A DNA stretch of 64,000 nt. It comes from an uncultured Eubacteriales bacterium. Lineage in GTDB: Bacteria; Bacillota; Clostridia; Christensenellales; CAG-917. The translations under genes were made by a program, and so were the position numbers. A model generated the notes under the pieces. It made no database searches and had not been told where the DNA came from. It saw only the letters and a list, made by a program, of their open reading frames with translations. Where the stretch lies: positions 3,164 to 67,163 of the forward strand of contig ONYW01000002.1 in the NCBI GenBank assembly GCA_900322215.1, read 5' to 3'. Of the stretch, positions 52,136 through 61,092 are shown in pieces. How positions within the stretch are numbered: the first letter of the stretch is position 1; every line of letters starts with the position of its first letter.

Positions 52136-53594
52136 ACTGAATGGACTTGATGTTTGCGTATGGCAAATCCGCCGCGTCTATCTCGTAGACGAGAGTGTCC
52201 GTATAGTTGCCCTCGACGTAATCAGCATAAAACGGTTTTGCAAGGTTGTTGATTTTTAGAGTCAGCGAGCGTCTCTCGCCTGCTCCGTTCGTTCTCGAAG
52301 CATAAACGGGTTCGCTGAAACGAATATAGAAGCGAAGCTTCCCGTCCTCCGAAAATCTTGAATCGTCGACGTACTCGCCGACAATAGTCGGAGCGGTGTC
52401 GTCGATGAGCTTCATAAAGAACCAAAGATCTCTGAACTCTATGTCTACTTCTCTATTCTTGTTCCAAATGGCGAGACCGTTGTCCAAAACGCCGTCATAA
52501 GGATCTATCTTGAAGAATACGGAATCCGTAAACGTCCTGTCGTTCGCATACCAGGTATCGCCGTTTTGATACCAATATACGCGCTTGTTGTAAGGCGAAA
52601 CTTTTCTTGAGTTGACTTGAATATAGTTGCTGTCTTCGTCGTTCGGATCTTGACCTATGCTGATGAGGTACATCGCGCGACCGTTGAGTTTGTCCGCGTT
52701 GTCAAACATTCCCAAAGCGCTTCTCTTCGGTTCGAAGCCCAAATAGAGATAAAGTCCCGGAGTGTTCTTATCCGCGCCGTCATACTTTGACATCATCTCT
52801 TTGTTGCCGGCGAGCGTGTAGATGTCCGTCGAGGAATGGAACTCGGAGTTGTCGACGTATCTGATAAGATAGGAGCCGTATGCGGTTGCAAAACCTTGGT
52901 TGACGTAGGCGTTCAGCCAGCGCATCGTCGTGTCGTTGACAAACGAAACGCCGCTGTTCCAGGATTTCCAAGTTTTTTTGCCGTCCAAATTGCCTTTCCC
53001 GCCGTGGAACAACGCCTGCATGAGTTCGTAGTCGTCAAGGTATGCCACCTCGCGCGAACCGCCGATTTGGTCGACTATAATGCCTGTCGTTGCGCTCACC
53101 GTGCTTTCGCAGGTAAGATAGCAGTGGCAAGTGCCCTTTTCTTCGTCGACGACCGCGTTTTGAACGCTGTCGATGACTACGTCAAAATACCTGCCGTACG
53201 TCTCGCCGTTTGACGTAACGCGCAGTTTTTCCCTGTCGGAAGTGCCGTTCAAGCACTTGATTGCGACCGTATATGAGGCTTTTCCGTCCTGCCCTATCGT
53301 CAAAGTGGCGGAGTTTGAAATCATCTTAAAATCAACGTTCGGAATTGCCGTCTTGCCCTCCGTGTGGTAGTTTACCGTCACGACGTCGCCCGGCGTGCCC
53401 GTGACGACTATCTCGGCATATACGAGCCCCGTCGTCGTTTGCGCATTGGCAGTAGACGAGGCAAAATAGACCGTGTTAGGCGCGGAAGCGTAGGTTGTTT
53501 TTGCGTTCGTTGTCACAAACGTCAATGCAAAACACGCGATGAGGACAAATGCAAAACATAGAATTAAACTTTTGAAAACTCTGTTATTTTTCAT
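52107..53594 (-). CDS. secreted/anchored protein with Calx-beta-like N-terminal module
   Basis: Signal/anchor FKSLILCFAFVLIACFALTFV. VVTGTPGDVVTVNYHTEGKTAIPNVDF...ATLTIGQDGKASYTVAI resembles Calx-beta. GAGGTG RBS, and an 11-nt overlap with the upstream ATPase gene. Confidence 0.7.
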   Translation of the reverse strand: MKNNRVFKSLILCFAFVLIACFALTFVTTNAKTTYASAPNTVYFASSTANAQTTTGLVYAEIVVTGTPGDVVTVNYHTEGKTAIPNVDFKMISNSATLTIGQDGKASYTVAIKCLNGTSDREKLRVTSNGETYGRYFDVVIDSVQNAVVDEEKGTCHCYLTCESTVSATTGIIVDQIGGSREVAYLDDYELMQALFHGGKGNLDGKKTWKSWNSGVSFVNDTTMRWLNAYVNQGFATAYGSYLIRYVDNSEFHSSTDIYTLAGNKEMMSKYDGADKNTPGLYLYLGFEPKRSALGMFDNADKLNGRAMYLISIGQDPNDEDSNYIQVNSRKVSPYNKRVYWYQNGDTWYANDRTFTDSVFFKIDPYDGVLDNGLAIWNKNREVDIEFRDLWFFMKLIDDTAPTIVGEYVDDSRFSEDGKLRFYIRFSEPVYASRTNGAGERRSLTLKINNLAKPFYADYVEGNYTDTLVYEIDAADLPYANIKSIQYGQYRKKIH

Positions 53595-56067
53595 TCTTTA
53601 TCACCTCATTACCTATGACGATTTCGCCCATCGCGACTTTTGTGCAAAACTTGAAGAAGGTAAGGTCGGGATCTTCGAGTTTCGCCTCTTCAAAGGCGCG
53701 AATGATGTCGTCTTGCGTCACGTCCTGTGCGCCGACACTCTTCTCTTCCGTCTTCTCTTCCTTGACTTGCTCCGCCGCGGCGACTTCTTCGGAGACTTCT
53801 TTGATGTCATCCGCCGTCACCTCGGTTTCCTGTTGAAGCGCGGGTTTTTCCGTCTTTATTGCCGAGCCCTTTTTGTTTTGTGCGTCAAAGAGCGCTTTGT
53901 TTCTTATTCTTATGTCATAGAAAACTTCGTTTTCGTTGAAGAATCTATCCGCAAGTCCCGAATTGTCCATCTGCCCGATATGATAGAGATTCACCTTGAA
54001 TTGCGGAGTGAAATACGTCTTGAACGGATAGTTGCCGAACGTCACGATGATAGAGTGTCCGATGTCGCCGGGGTGGTTGAGACGTTGAAGTTCGCTCGGA
54101 TAAATGAGCGGTCTCGTTTGCACGGACGTGGAGAAGTTGGTCTCGCTCGTCGCGCTGCCCGACTGCGACGTCGTCGCAATGGTGATGTTTCCGCAAAGTT
54201 CACTGTACTCCTTGCAGGTGCTCATATCGTTCGAGCCGATAAACATCTTTATGCCGCAGTTGCCCTTGACGATGTCCGCGACCGTCTCGCCGTACACGTT
54301 GTTGAGTTGCGCGTAGGACTGAACTATCATGACAAACCAAATTTTGCGGCTGCGTCCGACCGTGATAAACTTGTCGAACTTCTCTATCTTCGGCATATTG
54401 CCAAATTCGTCCATGATGAAATAGACGTTTCTCGGCAGGCTGAGTTCCTTCGTCGCGGAGGCGACTTTGATGAGCGTCTTGTAGATGTTCAAGATGAACA
54501 CCGCGGCAAGTTTGTGTCTCGTGTCCTTTTCGTCGGGGATCTTGAAGAAGAGCGCGGTCTTGTGGTCGGCAAGCGATTCCGCCGTAAAGTCGGAAGAACT
54601 CGTGAGCGCGCAAATACCCGCATCGTTGAAGAGCATGAGTTTGTCGTATACGATAGACATATATGACGCGCGCGTCGTCGGTGCGGCGTCGCACACTTGC
54701 TTAGAGAGCGAATACGCCTTGCTCAAAGGGCTCCTGCCCTTGAAGTACATTCTCAAATCCTCGTAGTCCTTGTTGGAGTTTTGCAAGATTTTCGCGACGT
54801 TGAAGAAGTTGAACTTCTCCTTTGTCATTCCGTTTGCCTCGTCGTCCGAGTCCTCGAGCATAGCGAGAAGCACGGCGAGCGTTATGGATCTTGCGCCCTT
54901 TTCCCAAAGCGGATCCTTGTCGTTTTCGATAGGAATGAGGACGGACACGAGGTCGTTGAGGTCCTCATACACTTGGTCGTAAAGTTTCTTTCTGTAAATC
55001 TTTACGCTCTCTATGAGCCTTTGGTAATTTGCGTACGCCTTGCCGTCAAACTCGTACCACTCGTCGACTTTGTTGAAGTCGTCCTTGTCTCCGTCGAGTT
55101 CGAGTCCCGAGACGTAGGCGTTGTCACTGCGCTTGAAAGCCTTCGTGTGCGCCGTACGGTACTCTTCGTATGCGTCCCAAATCGCGTCGAGGGGATTCCA
55201 GCGGTAGGAAGAATACGTATCGCGAAGGTCGACGACCTTGACGTCATAGCCCTTCTCTTGCAAGAATTTAGAGTGCATGGCAAAGAGTTCGCCCTTCGGG
55301 TCGGTTATGACCATAGAACTGCCCGCGTTCGTTGCGGCGAGGAGTTGGATCATAGGCGAGACGAACGTCGTCGTCTTACCGCTGCCCGTAGAACCGATGA
55401 CTATCGCATGGCAAGGCGAATTGAACGCGACCTCCATATCTTTGCCCTTAGAGTCGAGGCGGGCGAGCACGGGGATGCCGTCCTTGTCGACGTTTTGGAG
55501 CTCGCTGTATTCGTAGACTTTGAAAATCTTCTTCTTTTCCTCTTCCGTCATCCAACGGGAGTTTTCGAGGTTGGTATCTTTGATCTGCTTGAGTTTTCCG
55601 CTCGCGCCCATGCCCGATCTTGCGAACACTTGAATAAAGTTCTTGTTTATGAAGAGCGCATACACCAAGAACAGCGCGCCGAACGTGCCGATGAGGATCA
55701 TATAATACTGCCAAGAGGTCATTATTTGGTTGAGAGAGCCGTACCAGTCGACGACCGCAAACTCAAACCTACAGTCGATGAGAGTGAACAGTATATAACT
55801 GAACACCTCGGATATGAGGAGTATCGCCGACACGACAAAGAGTACCTCTTGCAATTTGCCGGAAGCGAATTTGTGCGAAAGGAGCACGCAACCGAACAGC
55901 ATAAACGTCACGAACAGGAAGATTTCCCATCTGAGGTAAGCAAGAATTGTGAAATTGCCTGCCGCGTTAAAGAACATCCCCTTCACCGCAACGACGGGAA
56001 TGGTGACGATGTTGCTCAAAACGAACGCACTGAGAATAACAATAAGAAGAACGTGTTGTTTTTTCAT
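53584..56067 (-). CDS. VirD4/TraG-type type IV coupling protein-like ATPase
   Basis: 827 aa. Four N-terminal hydrophobic segments, Walker A VIGSTGSGKTTT, ITDPKGE, YRWNPL, Walker B VYFIMDEFGN, GRSRKIWFVMIVQSYAQL, and an acidic C-terminal extension. Confidence 0.85.
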   Translation of the reverse strand: MKKQHVLLIVILSAFVLSNIVTIPVVAVKGMFFNAAGNFTILAYLRWEIFLFVTFMLFGCVLLSHKFASGKLQEVLFVVSAILLISEVFSYILFTLIDCRFEFAVVDWYGSLNQIMTSWQYYMILIGTFGALFLVYALFINKNFIQVFARSGMGASGKLKQIKDTNLENSRWMTEEEKKKIFKVYEYSELQNVDKDGIPVLARLDSKGKDMEVAFNSPCHAIVIGSTGSGKTTTFVSPMIQLLAATNAGSSMVITDPKGELFAMHSKFLQEKGYDVKVVDLRDTYSSYRWNPLDAIWDAYEEYRTAHTKAFKRSDNAYVSGLELDGDKDDFNKVDEWYEFDGKAYANYQRLIESVKIYRKKLYDQVYEDLNDLVSVLIPIENDKDPLWEKGARSITLAVLLAMLEDSDDEANGMTKEKFNFFNVAKILQNSNKDYEDLRMYFKGRSPLSKAYSLSKQVCDAAPTTRASYMSIVYDKLMLFNDAGICALTSSSDFTAESLADHKTALFFKIPDEKDTRHKLAAVFILNIYKTLIKVASATKELSLPRNVYFIMDEFGNMPKIEKFDKFITVGRSRKIWFVMIVQSYAQLNNVYGETVADIVKGNCGIKMFIGSNDMSTCKEYSELCGNITIATTSQSGSATSETNFSTSVQTRPLIYPSELQRLNHPGDIGHSIIVTFGNYPFKTYFTPQFKVNLYHIGQMDNSGLADRFFNENEVFYDIRIRNKALFDAQNKKGSAIKTEKPALQQETEVTADDIKEVSEEVAAAEQVKEEKTEEKSVGAQDVTQDDIIRAFEEAKLEDPDLTFFKFCTKVAMGEIVIGNEVIKNEK

Positions 56068-56070
56068 TGT

Positions 56071-59000
56071 CTATGCCTCCTCAATCGTTAGCCATGCGCG
56101 CATTTCATCAACTTCAAGCGTTGCGGTCGGATCGTTCGCTACAATATGTGCGACGACCCTGTAAGTTCCGACTGCCGAAACGCCTGTCGTGCTGACGACG
56201 TTGTTGTTGCTGTCAAGATATTCATACGTGACGGTGACTTCATCCCTGTTCCAAACTCTGTTTGGCACCTCTTGATACTCGTTTGTGTGAATCTCGCCGT
56301 CGTACGTTACGGTTTTGTCTTTCATATATATGAAATTGCTGATTTTTTTCAAATTTCCTTTTGTAATTTGCTCATATGTGAAGTACCCGTCCTTGCGTCC
56401 AACGTCGGCACTCGCTCTGAAATCTTCGTCGTCAGTGATGTAATCGAACTCCACAATGTAATGATAGGCCTGGCCGTTGTCGTTGCTGAATCCTTCGCTC
56501 ATAGGCCCAAACATAATCTCGTGCCAATCATTGGTGTCATGTATATAGATTCGCTTCACTACAAAGAAGGTGCTTGGCAACTTAAAGTTAATACTTTTTG
56601 TTTCCGGGTTATACCAAAAATCAGTAGGTTCAATGTCACGTTTCAACACTTGACGTTTAATATCATACGTTAAGTGGGTGATTGTGAGCGTTGCGCGCAT
56701 CTCGTCGACGTCCAAAACGTTGTTGGAATTCGTCGGTGTAAAGTGAGCAATGACCGTATATACCCCTGCATATTTAACTTTATAGTTGCTGATGAACTCG
56801 TCGCCCTTATAGTATTCGTACGTCACGTTGACGCCTGACGGCACGTTTTGGGCTGTTATTCCCCATGAATTTGTGTCAAAAGAGAGCTCTCTGTCTTCAA
56901 ACACGACGACACCTTCAAGCTTAATAGTGTATATGCGGATTGTGGCGGACAAATCTTCTTGTGGATTGACGTTGTCTTCGTCAATTGTGAAATGCGCTTC
57001 CACGGTGTAAACGCCGGGGCCATCGCAATAATCAACTTGCACGCCGTCTTTTGTTGTGACGATTTCATACGATACTCCATACGGGATGAAATATCCGTCC
57101 TCAAGACCCGGATAATACGGTTCGCCGTTATCCTTCCACTTTTTGTCCGAAAGCGTAGCGTTCACAGTGGCTTTGTTGATTGTGAGAGTCGCTTGCATAT
57201 CGCCTATTGCCACATAATTTGCAAGGTCCACGACAAAATGCGCCACGACGGTATATTCGCCTGCGTTCACGACGCCTTCCGTGCTGACGGTCTCGCCGTT
57301 TTGCTTGTATTCATACCTGACTTCCACGCCTGTCGGCACGTCTTGCGCCGCAATGGTTTTTTGCGTTCCGTCATAAATCTCGACTTTGTTTTCAAACGTC
57401 ACGCCTGACATATCGTATTCATATTTGTTTATCGTGAGAGTCGCGCTGAGTTCATAAAGCACTCGCTCCGACTCGTCGCGGAGAACAAACGCCTTGACAA
57501 GATACTCACCCGCGTTTATCGCCTCTTCGACCTTCGTGCCTGCCGAGTATATCTCATACTTAGCGTGCGTGCCTTGAGAGACGTTTTGCGCTTCGATGGT
57601 CTTTGCCGTGCCGTCATAAGTCACGACTTTGTCTTCCAACAAAATTTCGTCGTACGTATATGTTCCTGACGCCATTGGCAAAGAGATGCTTTTTGCGAGG
57701 TTTTCGTCAATATATGCAAACTCGATCGCATAGTTATACGTCGTTCCCGGCACGAGTGCGTCGTCAGGGTCGCCCCAAACGATTCTCCTGTTGTCCTCGC
57801 CGTCAAGATAGAACGCAAACGAAGTAATGCGATAGGCGTCCGTATCGAGTCCGGCGATGCTCATTTCGTACGCCTCTTTGTCATAGACAAGGTCGGACGC
57901 GGACACGGTGTGTCCGTCGACTTTAAGACTGCCATGAACGGAATTGATGATGAGGTATGCCGTGAGTTCTTGCACGTCAACCGTCTCGTTCGGATTTTCC
58001 GCGTTGAAATGCGCCACCACTTCATACTCGCCCGCATACGTTTGGTCATTGTTCTCGTATGTGACAAAAACGCCTGTCGGCAATTCGCCGGATATACTGA
58101 CCGAATGCACTTGGCTGTCAAAGTCAGCCGTCTTGTCGTCAAACAAAACGTCGTCGCCGAGTGCTATCACTCGCTTGTTCACGACGAGTTTTGCCTGCAT
58201 ATCGGGGATAGCGTTGTAGTTTTGAGAATTGCTCGCGTAGCGCGCGACCATAATATATTCGCCCGCGTACGCGTTGGAAGATACGGGATTCCCGTCCGCG
58301 TCATAACACGCAAAACTGACGGACACTCCCGTGGGAAGCACGGAAGACGCGTCAAGAGACGGAACGAAGTTTTGTCCGTCGTACGTCTTCTCTTTGTCCG
58401 TGAAGGAAACCGCCGACATATCGTAATCGGCTTTTTCGATCGTCAAGGTCGCCTGCTTTGGAGCGATCGTATTGAAATTTGAATTGAGGTTTTCAAAACG
58501 CGCGACGACGCGGTAAGTTCCCGCGTTGACCGCATTTGAGATTTGTATATTGCCCGCGTATACGCTATAAGTCACGTTGACGTTTTCGGGAACGTTTTGC
58601 GCCTCTATTTGCTTCACCGTCCCGTCGTATACGAACGAATTGCTCTCAAATGTAAGCGCCGACGTATCGTAATCGGCTTTTTCGATAACAAGTTGAGTCG
58701 AAAGGGTTTTTGAAACGTACCCCTCCTTTGAAATCACTCCGACGACGTTGTAGGTGCCGGCGTTTGTGAAAGTGTTGCCATAGGTATACTCTATCGTCGC
58801 GCCTTCCGGCAAATCGTGATTGAGAGTGACTCTGTGCGGCTGACCGTCATAGACGCAGGTGTATCCTTCAAGCGCGTATATGTCGTCAAACTCGTGCCTT
58901 GAAACGTTGATTTTCATCGTCGTCACGTAGGTGCCGTCATAGACGACTTTGACTTCTTGCTCTCCCATTTTGAAAAATTTGAGTCTCTCGGCCTCGGGGA

Positions 59001-59223
59001 TCATATCTTCCGTCAAATCGACTTCCTTCGTGTCACCGCCTGCATATACGACAACGACTTTCTTCCCTTCATAAGAAAAATCGCCCACCGCCATTTCAAT
59101 CACGCTGTCGTCCTTCATGTGAATACCGTTTATAACAACGACGCGACTGCAACTGCAAAGCAAAAGAATCACACCGAGTGCGATTATCAAAAGTAGGCAG
59201 ATTTTTGCAGATTTTATCTTCAT
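56071..59223 (-). CDS. large surface lipoprotein with nine MBG-like repeats
   Basis: The ATG at 59223 gives MKIKSAKICLLLIIALGVILLLCSC. There are nine repeats of about 80 aa, each with YDG...(N)AG(T/E)Y.VVAHF. Its stop lies 3 nt from the ATPase start. Confidence 0.8.
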   Translation of the reverse strand: MKIKSAKICLLLIIALGVILLLCSCSRVVVINGIHMKDDSVIEMAVGDFSYEGKKVVVVYAGGDTKEVDLTEDMIPEAERLKFFKMGEQEVKVVYDGTYVTTMKINVSRHEFDDIYALEGYTCVYDGQPHRVTLNHDLPEGATIEYTYGNTFTNAGTYNVVGVISKEGYVSKTLSTQLVIEKADYDTSALTFESNSFVYDGTVKQIEAQNVPENVNVTYSVYAGNIQISNAVNAGTYRVVARFENLNSNFNTIAPKQATLTIEKADYDMSAVSFTDKEKTYDGQNFVPSLDASSVLPTGVSVSFACYDADGNPVSSNAYAGEYIMVARYASNSQNYNAIPDMQAKLVVNKRVIALGDDVLFDDKTADFDSQVHSVSISGELPTGVFVTYENNDQTYAGEYEVVAHFNAENPNETVDVQELTAYLIINSVHGSLKVDGHTVSASDLVYDKEAYEMSIAGLDTDAYRITSFAFYLDGEDNRRIVWGDPDDALVPGTTYNYAIEFAYIDENLAKSISLPMASGTYTYDEILLEDKVVTYDGTAKTIEAQNVSQGTHAKYEIYSAGTKVEEAINAGEYLVKAFVLRDESERVLYELSATLTINKYEYDMSGVTFENKVEIYDGTQKTIAAQDVPTGVEVRYEYKQNGETVSTEGVVNAGEYTVVAHFVVDLANYVAIGDMQATLTINKATVNATLSDKKWKDNGEPYYPGLEDGYFIPYGVSYEIVTTKDGVQVDYCDGPGVYTVEAHFTIDEDNVNPQEDLSATIRIYTIKLEGVVVFEDRELSFDTNSWGITAQNVPSGVNVTYEYYKGDEFISNYKVKYAGVYTVIAHFTPTNSNNVLDVDEMRATLTITHLTYDIKRQVLKRDIEPTDFWYNPETKSINFKLPSTFFVVKRIYIHDTNDWHEIMFGPMSEGFSNDNGQAYHYIVEFDYITDDEDFRASADVGRKDGYFTYEQITKGNLKKISNFIYMKDKTVTYDGEIHTNEYQEVPNRVWNRDEVTVTYEYLDSNNNVVSTTGVSAVGTYRVVAHIVANDPTATLEVDEMRAWLTIEEA

Positions 59224-59284
59224 GCGTTCGTCCTTTTCTTTGCGCGCAGTGCCTGCGCGTAGATAGAAAAATAGTAGTATCACG

Positions 59285-59323
59285 ATTATATTAACATTTC
59301 AAGTGCCACAAAAGTGCCACAAA
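59285..59323 (-). promoter_or_regulatory. candidate operon promoter with tandem 11-nt direct repeat over the -35
   Basis: Minus-strand TATAAT (59285-90). agtgccacaaa occurs twice in tandem (59302-12, 59313-23) where the -35 would lie. Confidence 0.4.
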
Positions 59324-59689
59324 CCGCCCCTCCTCTGAAAAATTTTTTTTAACAAAATACAAGCCTTGCACATTTCTCCCTAAAATCCGCAAATTTGAAC
59401 AGCAAAAACACTCCGCAAAACGCCCGAATCCGACAAATAACGCTATTCTAACGCACTAAATCGCACGCTCTCCGCATGCCTTTCGCCGTCGCCGTTGGCA
59501 AGAAAAAACGCTGTCGCAGGCAACAAAAAAACAAGCGGCCTCAGACAATAGACCGCTTTTTTTGAATTTTTTTCAAAATAAAAAAATTATAATAAATTTA
59601 TAAAATCGTTAAATATACGCTGTATCTCTCTATTTCAATGAGATGCACAAAAAACCGCTCAAAAAACCGCGATAGTTTTGCTTCGTTTA

Positions 59690-60010
59690 GTAAGCGTTAA
59701 ACCGCTCGATTTCGATGCAGGTCGCGAAATCGCGGTGTATTTGAGTCAACAAGATGAGAAAATCGCGAAACATTATAAAGCGTTTAGTAAGCGGTAAACC
59801 GCTCAGTTTTGATGAAGAGCGCGAAAAAACCCGTTTGTGACGGAGGCGCGTACTGACGTACGTAACTCCCGAGCAAACGGGTTTTGACAATGCTGTTCGC
59901 GAAACTGTGCGGTTTTACGATGACAAACGATTAACAAACTGCGCGAACAAGATGAGATGCGCGGAAGGGCGATTTTTTTGGAAGGCGCGTACATAAACGT
60001 ACGTAACTGA
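59690..60010. repeat. mosaic of dispersed intergenic repeat modules and palindromes
   Basis: gtttagtaagcg.taaaccgctc occurs twice. ctcagttttgatgaagagcgcgaaaaaacccg (59802-33) also occurs at 4554, 10555 and 45967. Hairpin cccgtttg..caaacggg spans 59830-59881. Confidence 0.75.
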
Positions 60011-60040
60011 CAAAAAAAGCGACCTGACAATGCAGGTCGC
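60011..60040 (-). terminator. rpsI terminator
   Basis: gcgacctg(60019-26)/caggtcgc(60033-40), followed by ttttttt on the minus strand. Confidence 0.8.
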
Positions 60041-60057
60041 TTGTTTCGCGCTGTTTG

Positions 60058-60468
60058 TTAACGTTTGCTGAATTGTGGGGCTTTACGAGCCTTATGAAGA
60101 CCATACTTCTTACGCTCTTTGGCTCTTGGGTCACGTGTGAGGTATCCTTCTTTCTTGAGGATCGCTCTGTATGCCTCGGCGTCTGCGACGCAGAGTGCTC
60201 TTGCGATACCGTGACGGATTGCACCTGCTTGACCTGTGAAGCCGCCGCCCTTGACGTTTACGAACACGTCGAATTTGTCTGATGTGCTTGTTGCAACGAG
60301 CGGTTGGTTGACGATGAGTTTCATCGTGTCAAGCGGGAAATACTCTTCAAGAGTGCGCTTGTTGATGACGATGTTGCCTTCGCCCGGGACGAGACGGACT
60401 CTTGCGATTGCTGTTTTTCTTCTACCTGTTCCGAGATATTGAACTTTCTTTGTTTTCTTAGTAGCCAT
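60058..60468 (-). CDS. rpsI: 30S ribosomal protein S9
   Basis: [14 protein letters not shown]...[10 protein letters not shown]. Confidence 0.97.
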   Translation of the reverse strand: MATKKTKKVQYLGTGRRKTAIARVRLVPGEGNIVINKRTLEEYFPLDTMKLIVNQPLVATSTSDKFDVFVNVKGGGFTGQAGAIRHGIARALCVADAEAYRAILKKEGYLTRDPRAKERKKYGLHKARKAPQFSKR

Positions 60469-60482
60469 AATTCACCTCACGA

Positions 60483-60926
60483 TTAGTCAAGTTTGAGCTC
60501 GACCGGGCATTGTGCTTGGTTTGTATGCTCAGAGCCTGCGTAAACGCGGAGTTTTTTGAGCATCTTCTCACCGAGAGAATTTTTTGGAAGCATACCCTTG
60601 ACTGCTTTGTAAACAGCAAATTCAGGTTTTTCGGACATGAGCTTCTTGTATTGGATCTCTTTGAGTCCGCCGATGAAACCTGTGTGATAGCGATAGTACT
60701 TGTCCTCGAGCTTGTTGCCCGTAAGACGGACGTTTGCGCAGTTGATTATAATAACGTGGTCACCGCAGTCGACGTTTGGAGTGTACTCTGGTTTGTTCTT
60801 GCCCTTGAGAATTGCCGCCACTTGGGAAGCAAGACGACCAAGAACCATATCTGTTGCATCAACAACATACCATTTGCTCTCAACCTCGCCCGGTTTTGCC
60901 ATATAAGACTTGTTGTTTGTTGCCAT
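60483..60926 (-). CDS. rplM: 50S ribosomal protein L13
   Basis: [27 protein letters not shown]. Confidence 0.97.
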   Translation of the reverse strand: MATNNKSYMAKPGEVESKWYVVDATDMVLGRLASQVAAILKGKNKPEYTPNVDCGDHVIIINCANVRLTGNKLEDKYYRYHTGFIGGLKEIQYKKLMSEKPEFAVYKAVKGMLPKNSLGEKMLKKLRVYAGSEHTNQAQCPVELKLD

Positions 60927-61015
60927 AAAGACAAACCTCCGAAGATTGTAATTTTGGAAGACGTACGCTAAGAGGGGCTAGTTCTTCGCCACGTTATCCA
61001 TAAAGATGCTTGATA

Positions 61016-61044
61016 ATATTAATAAATATAACAAAATAAGTCAA
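61016..61044 (-). promoter_or_regulatory. candidate rplM-rpsI promoter
   Basis: Minus strand reads TTGACT (61039-44), 17 nt, TAATAT (61016-21), with a leader of about 85 nt. Confidence 0.5.
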
Positions 61045-61092
61045 GCAAATTTCAAAACTTTTTTGCAAAATACGAGAATATTGTGCGGGAGT

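Noticed and set aside
51440-53594. Paralog C as a frameshifted C-terminal part of the Calx-beta-like protein.
   Set aside because: The upstream ORF ends with its own stop 29 nt inside C, and the two share no similarity. C aligns from its residue 23 onward with the cores of A and B. It is kept as a separate, N-terminally short paralog, with an uncertain start.
47285-59700. Interpreting the accessory block as an integrative conjugative element, plasmid remnant or prophage.
   Set aside because: No integrase/recombinase, relaxase, replication, VirB4, capsid or terminase genes are present, and I could not find flanking direct repeats. Only the coupling ATPase is conjugation-like. Acquisition by horizontal transfer remains possible but is unproven.
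59687-60224. Minus-strand ORFs 59687-59890, 59803-60030 and 59931-60224.
   Set aside because: They lie in the mosaic repeat spacer or run out of frame into rpsI. They have no RBS, and their sequences are made of repeat modules.
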